IMG/VR virus record: IMGVR_UViG_2529292981_000043
DNA length: 4,187 nucleotides
From: a virus
Taxonomy: Duplodnaviria; Heunggongvirae; Uroviricota; Caudoviricetes
Direction: 5' to 3' (one strand)
The position numbers and the translations under genes are program-made. Below, piece by piece: positions 1 through 4,187 of the stretch. The stretch's first letter is position 1, and every line of letters begins with the position of its first letter. The notes under the pieces were generated by a model. That model saw nothing but the letters and a program-made list of their open reading frames with translations. It was not told the DNA's origin and made no database searches.

Positions 1-74
1 TTATAATATAATTACCTATATTAGCTCTGACCTGACAGTTACCGGTTATTTATACAGGTATCTGTCAGATTACA

Positions 75-103
75 TCTAACCAACAAAAAACCGGAGCCGG
101 ACT
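75..103. terminator. Bidirectional rho-independent terminator at the end of the late operon
   Basis: Plus strand: AAAAAA-CCGGAG-ccgga-CTCCGG-TTTTGT. The hairpin is flanked by an A-run on one side and a T-run on the other, so it reads as stem plus U-tract on either strand. It lies 23 nt downstream of the small-ORF stop. Confidence 0.6.
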
Positions 104-125
104 CCGGTTTTGTGAAGCTGTCGGG

Positions 126-395
126 TTACTTCATCCCGCCAATATTTTCCCACGTCCCGTCAGCACGCAGGATTTGCAGCGGTCTTACCACGCACTGTAT
201 CTGCTTTTTATCCGCATCCAGTATCACCACCTGCGTGATTACCCTGGCCTGCTCCGGGATAATGCCATTCTCATCTGACTCCAGGATGTCTGCCGGCCCC
301 AGTCGCAGCTGTGCTGTAAGTAACTCCCCGTGTTCACGGTCATCATGCTTTCCGCAACCGCACAGACGCTGCATAAGTTTTTTTAGTATATTCAT
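126..395 (-). CDS. Hypothetical small protein (89 aa), translationally coupled to stf; function unknown
   Basis: ATG at 395-393 preceded by AGGAGA (406-401, 5-nt spacing). The stf stop and this start are arranged TGA-C-ATG (399-393). Stop TAA at 128-126. Product: MNILKKLMQRLCGCGKHDDREHGELLTAQLRLGPADILESDENGIIPEQARVITQVVILDADKKQIQCVVRPLQILRADGTWENIGGMK. I do not recognise the family. The ORF-track version (126..527) has a 44-codon N-terminal extension that overlaps the stf distal-domain frame and is probably not translated. Confidence 0.55.
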   Translation of the reverse strand: MNILKKLMQRLCGCGKHDDREHGELLTAQLRLGPADILESDENGIIPEQARVITQVVILDADKKQIQCVVRPLQILRADGTWENIGGMK

Positions 396-396
396 G

Positions 397-1709
397 TCAT
401 TCTCCTGTTCTGCCTGTATCACTGCCCACTTCATCCAGCCCCTTAACATCCTGCCACGGCCCGTCACCAAACCTGACCTGCAAATGCTGAAAAAAACCCT
501 GAACCCGTGTGGCATCTTTGGGGTCAAGAAAGGTCAGTCCGGTGATGAGTGCGCCATCTGTATCCGGGAACCAGCCATTGCTGTTTGTCTCAATAATGTT
601 TCCCGGCCCCAGACGGAACCGTATTTGTGTCTCCCCCGGGTCGCCCTTCGGTCCCTGAGGTCCGGTTGCCCCACCGGGCCAGCCGCACCTGTTTCTCCTT
701 TCGGTCCCTGTGGGCCTGCCGGGCCTGCCGCACCGGTATCTCCCTTTGGACCCTGTGGACCTGCATTTCCCGTCAGACCGGTCTCTCCCCGCTCTCCCCT
801 GTCACCTTTCGGCCCCTGCGGACCTGCCGGACCTGTATCTCCTCTCGGTCCCCGTTCACCGGTTGCCCCGACAGGGCCGGTGTCTCCACGCTCTCCTTTA
901 TCTCCCTTCGGCCCCTGAGGACCCGCGGGCTCCTGTTCCCCCTTTGGCCCGGGAGGTCCCACCACGGTGGGGATTCTGTTTACGGCTTCTTCCGCCGCTA
1001 TCCTGCTTTGTTCCGCTGACTGTGCGCTTTCTGCTGACTCCCGGGCTTTTTCTGCTGCGGTCGTTGCATCCCTGGCTGCATTACCGGCTGCACTTTCTGC
1101 CGTCTTTTTTGACAACTCAGCATCTGTTGCACTTTGTAATGACTCACTGGCTTTTTGAGCGGCCGCAGAGGCCGAGGACGAGGACGCCTCCTCTGACTGC
1201 TTTGCAGCGGCTGCACTTTCTGCCGCCTGCCGGGCTGACTCCGATGCATCCCCTGCTGAAGTGTCAGCATTTGCCGCGCTCTCTTCTGCCTGACTGGCTG
1301 ATATGCCGGCATTCCTCGCGGACGTCTCCGCCTCTCCGGCATTCTTCTTCGCCTCCTCAGCGTGACGCGCCGCTTCTTCCACCATCAGTTCAAAACGGCG
1401 CAGTGCCTCCGGCCGGACGTCATCCTCCGACATGGCACCGAGAAAATCATTCAGCGTCCCCGGTTGAGAATCTTCATACACGGTGATGGTCCCGGCATGT
1501 GACGGCGGGAACCCTTCCACCAACAGAATAACGCTGTACTGACCGTACTCAACGTCCATGCTGTAACGACCGGCTTCATCCGGATTTTCAGAGGCCACCG
1601 TGTTCACCACCACCGTGGCGCTGTTACGTCTGGCTTTCAGTTGAATGGTGCAGTTCTCTACCGGTTTTCCTGTGCCGTCTTTCAGTACACCTGAAATCTT
1701 TACTGCCAT
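397..1709 (-). pseudogene. stf: Side tail fibre protein (lambda Stf-like N-terminal domain, Ala/Ser/Glu-rich segment, collagen-like Gly-X-Y stalk, short distal domain); frame broken by a 1-nt deletion in a G4/C4 run at 669-672
   Basis: The ORF 534..1715 translation begins [28 protein letters not shown]…, matching the lambda Stf N-terminus as I recall it. The likely true start is the ATG at 1709-1707 (GGGGTGA upstream) rather than the GTG at 1715. Residues ~105-250 are Ala/Ser/Glu-rich and residues ~253-349 are Gly-X-Y triplets. After GPVG the listed frame becomes Arg-rich and stops at 534-536. The adjacent frame continues the Gly-X-Y phasing without a break ([14 protein letters not shown]) and then reads [76 protein letters not shown]-stop (TGA at 399-397). 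One extra G in the minus-strand run gtgggg-c joins the frames. Confidence 0.8.
630..959 (-). repeat. Collagen-like Gly-X-Y coding repeat (~35 triplets) within stf, including imperfect ~45-nt tandem units
   Basis: The translation is GPPGPKGEQ…[85 protein letters not shown] then [14 protein letters not shown]. Two adjacent imperfect 45-nt copies (about 675-719 and 720-764) encode GPQGPKG(D/E)TGAAGP(A/V). The plus-strand mirror ORF 112..918 shows the same periodicity as repeated [13 protein letters not shown]. Confidence 0.8.
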
Positions 1710-1720
1710 ATTCACCCCAC

Positions 1721-1746
1721 AAAAAAGCCCGCCTGAACCGGCGGGC
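1721..1746 (-). terminator. Rho-independent terminator downstream of lom, immediately upstream of the stf ribosome-binding site
   Basis: On the minus strand: GCCCGCC-ggttca-GGCGGGC (7-bp GC stem) followed by TTTTTT (1726-1721), then GTGGGGTGAAT-ATG of stf. Confidence 0.65.
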
Positions 1747-1774
1747 TGTCATAACACTGTGTTACCTGGCTAAT

Positions 1775-2372
1775 CAGAACTTATAACCGACACCCACGAT
1801 GAAACCGTCAGTGCGCCAGTCGCCACTGCCGGAGCCTTCATAAGCAATATCAATGGCCACGGATTCGGTCGGGTTAAACTGCACGCCAGCCCCCACGCCA
1901 GAGACGTGTTGCTGTGGCGACCGTCATCACTTCCGGTCAGCACATCGTGCGTTTTCCCCTTGTTGCCAGTTACGCGAAGATAATCCCCGGAGAAAGTCGA
2001 CACACGGCTGTAAGCCACACCCGCCATCGCATACGCGCTGAACCATTCATTCACGCGCACAGACGGCCCCGCCATTACGCTGAACCAGCGGTTACGAACG
2101 GAATCTTCATGCCAGCGGGTATCGCTGTAACGGGTAAGCTGGCGATTCCTGTCTCCTGCATAGCTGAATGACGTCACCAGCCCCAGCGTGTCCGTAAATT
2201 CATAACGGTATTTCACGTTAATCCCGTTAAGATTATCGCTACCGGGAGCGCTCGTCCGGGCATGAAGATACCCCGCGCTCAGCGTGGCCTGCTGCTCAGA
2301 CGCCCATGCAGGCGCGCCGGATACGGCCAGACAGATGGCTGCGGACAAAATGGCGGCATAAAGTTTACGCAT
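1775..2372 (-). pseudogene. lom: Lom / Ail / PagC-family outer-membrane beta-barrel protein (lambda Lom-like moron); frame broken by a 1-nt deletion in a C5 run (plus strand 1890-1894)
   Basis: ATG at 2372-2370 preceded by GAGAGG (2383-2378, 5-nt spacing). The N-terminus MRKLYAAILSAAICLAVSGAPAWA is a signal peptide and the next ~160 residues closely match lambda Lom as I recall it. After …HSNTSLAWG the listed ORF runs into unrelated sequence and stops at 1770-1772, whereas the adjacent frame reads GAGVQFNPTESVAIDIAYEGSGSGDWRTDGFIVGVGYKF-stop (TGA at 1775-1777), a typical outer-membrane barrel C-terminus ending in Phe. One extra G in the minus-strand run tggggg-c reconnects the two frames. Confidence 0.85.
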
Positions 2373-2395
2373 AATTACCTCTCGCTTTTCTGCAA

Positions 2396-2419
2396 TAAAA
2401 AAGGCGCCATTTCTGGCGC
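2396..2419 (-). terminator. Rho-independent terminator downstream of J
   Basis: On the minus strand: GGCGCCA-gaaa-TGGCGCC (7-bp GC-rich stem, 4-nt loop) followed by TTTTTT then ATTG. It lies 21 nt after the J stop codon and just upstream of the lom ribosome-binding site. Confidence 0.6.
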
Positions 2420-2439
2420 CCGTATATGGGTTATAAAAT

Positions 2440-4187
<1,748 letters not shown>

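Noticed and set aside
32-68. Inverted repeat as a hix/gix-type DNA invertase site
   Set aside because: The half-site sequence and the 13-nt spacer do not resemble the 26-bp Hin/Gin/Pin-type sites with a 2-bp core, and no invertase gene is present in the window.
396-527. N-terminal extension of the small ORF (MTPKMPHGFRVFF…, start at 527)
   Set aside because: It overlaps the stf distal-domain reading frame, which has the conserved-looking sequence. The internal ATG at 395 has a canonical AGGAGA site and stop-start coupling with stf, so the shorter 89-aa product is the better model.
112-918. 268-aa plus-strand ORF with a proline-rich repetitive translation ([13 protein letters not shown]…)
   Set aside because: It is the antisense shadow of the GC-rich collagen-like repeat of stf. 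The product is low complexity, it has no ribosome-binding site, and it runs across the operon terminator and the small ORF on the opposite strand.
630-959. Possible CRISPR-like periodic repeat
   Set aside because: The periodicity is 9 nt and 45 nt and in-frame with a Gly-X-Y coding sequence. There are no conserved direct repeats of 25-40 nt separated by unique spacers.
627-1486. Plus-strand ORFs 627..1019, 710..1486 and 967..1158, and minus-strand ORF 998..1342
   Set aside because: These are alternative-frame or antisense ORFs inside the low-complexity Ala/Ser/Glu-rich and Gly-X-Y regions of stf. Their translations are Arg/Pro/Leu-rich with no start context. They are expected artefacts of repetitive GC-rich coding sequence.
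1710-1715. GTG at 1715 as the stf start (giving M-N-MAVKISG)
   Set aside because: The ATG two codons downstream (1709) gives the MAVKISG N-terminus that matches lambda Stf and has better spacing to the GGGGTGA purine-rich site. The GTG would sit in the terminator T-tract.
1853-2171. Plus-strand ORFs 1853..2041 and 1914..2171
   Set aside because: Both lie entirely antisense within lom, have no ribosome-binding site and give unremarkable translations.

Overview
This window is the distal end of the late (tail) operon of a lambda-like prophage, with all genes on the minus strand. From right to left: the 3' ~1.75 kb of the tail-tip host-specificity gene J (5' end beyond the window), a terminator, the moron gene lom (Ail/Lom/PagC outer-membrane beta-barrel family), a second terminator, a side-tail-fibre gene stf, a small translationally coupled 89-codon ORF of unknown function, and a bidirectional terminator next to an AT-rich left end. 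The stf gene is a mosaic: a lambda-Stf-like N-terminus, an Ala/Ser/Glu-rich segment, about 35 collagen-like Gly-X-Y triplets and a short distal domain. The most notable observation is that J, lom and stf each carry exactly one frameshift, and each is explained by a 1-nt deletion in a short homopolymer. This indicates either a decaying cryptic prophage or systematic homopolymer under-calling in the assembly; the sequence alone cannot decide. All homology statements rest on my recollection of the phage lambda J, Lom and Stf proteins, not on a database search. I see no CRISPR array, RNA gene, transposase or recognisable defence system. The only candidate for something undescribed is the small ORF downstream of stf, and that is a weak candidate.
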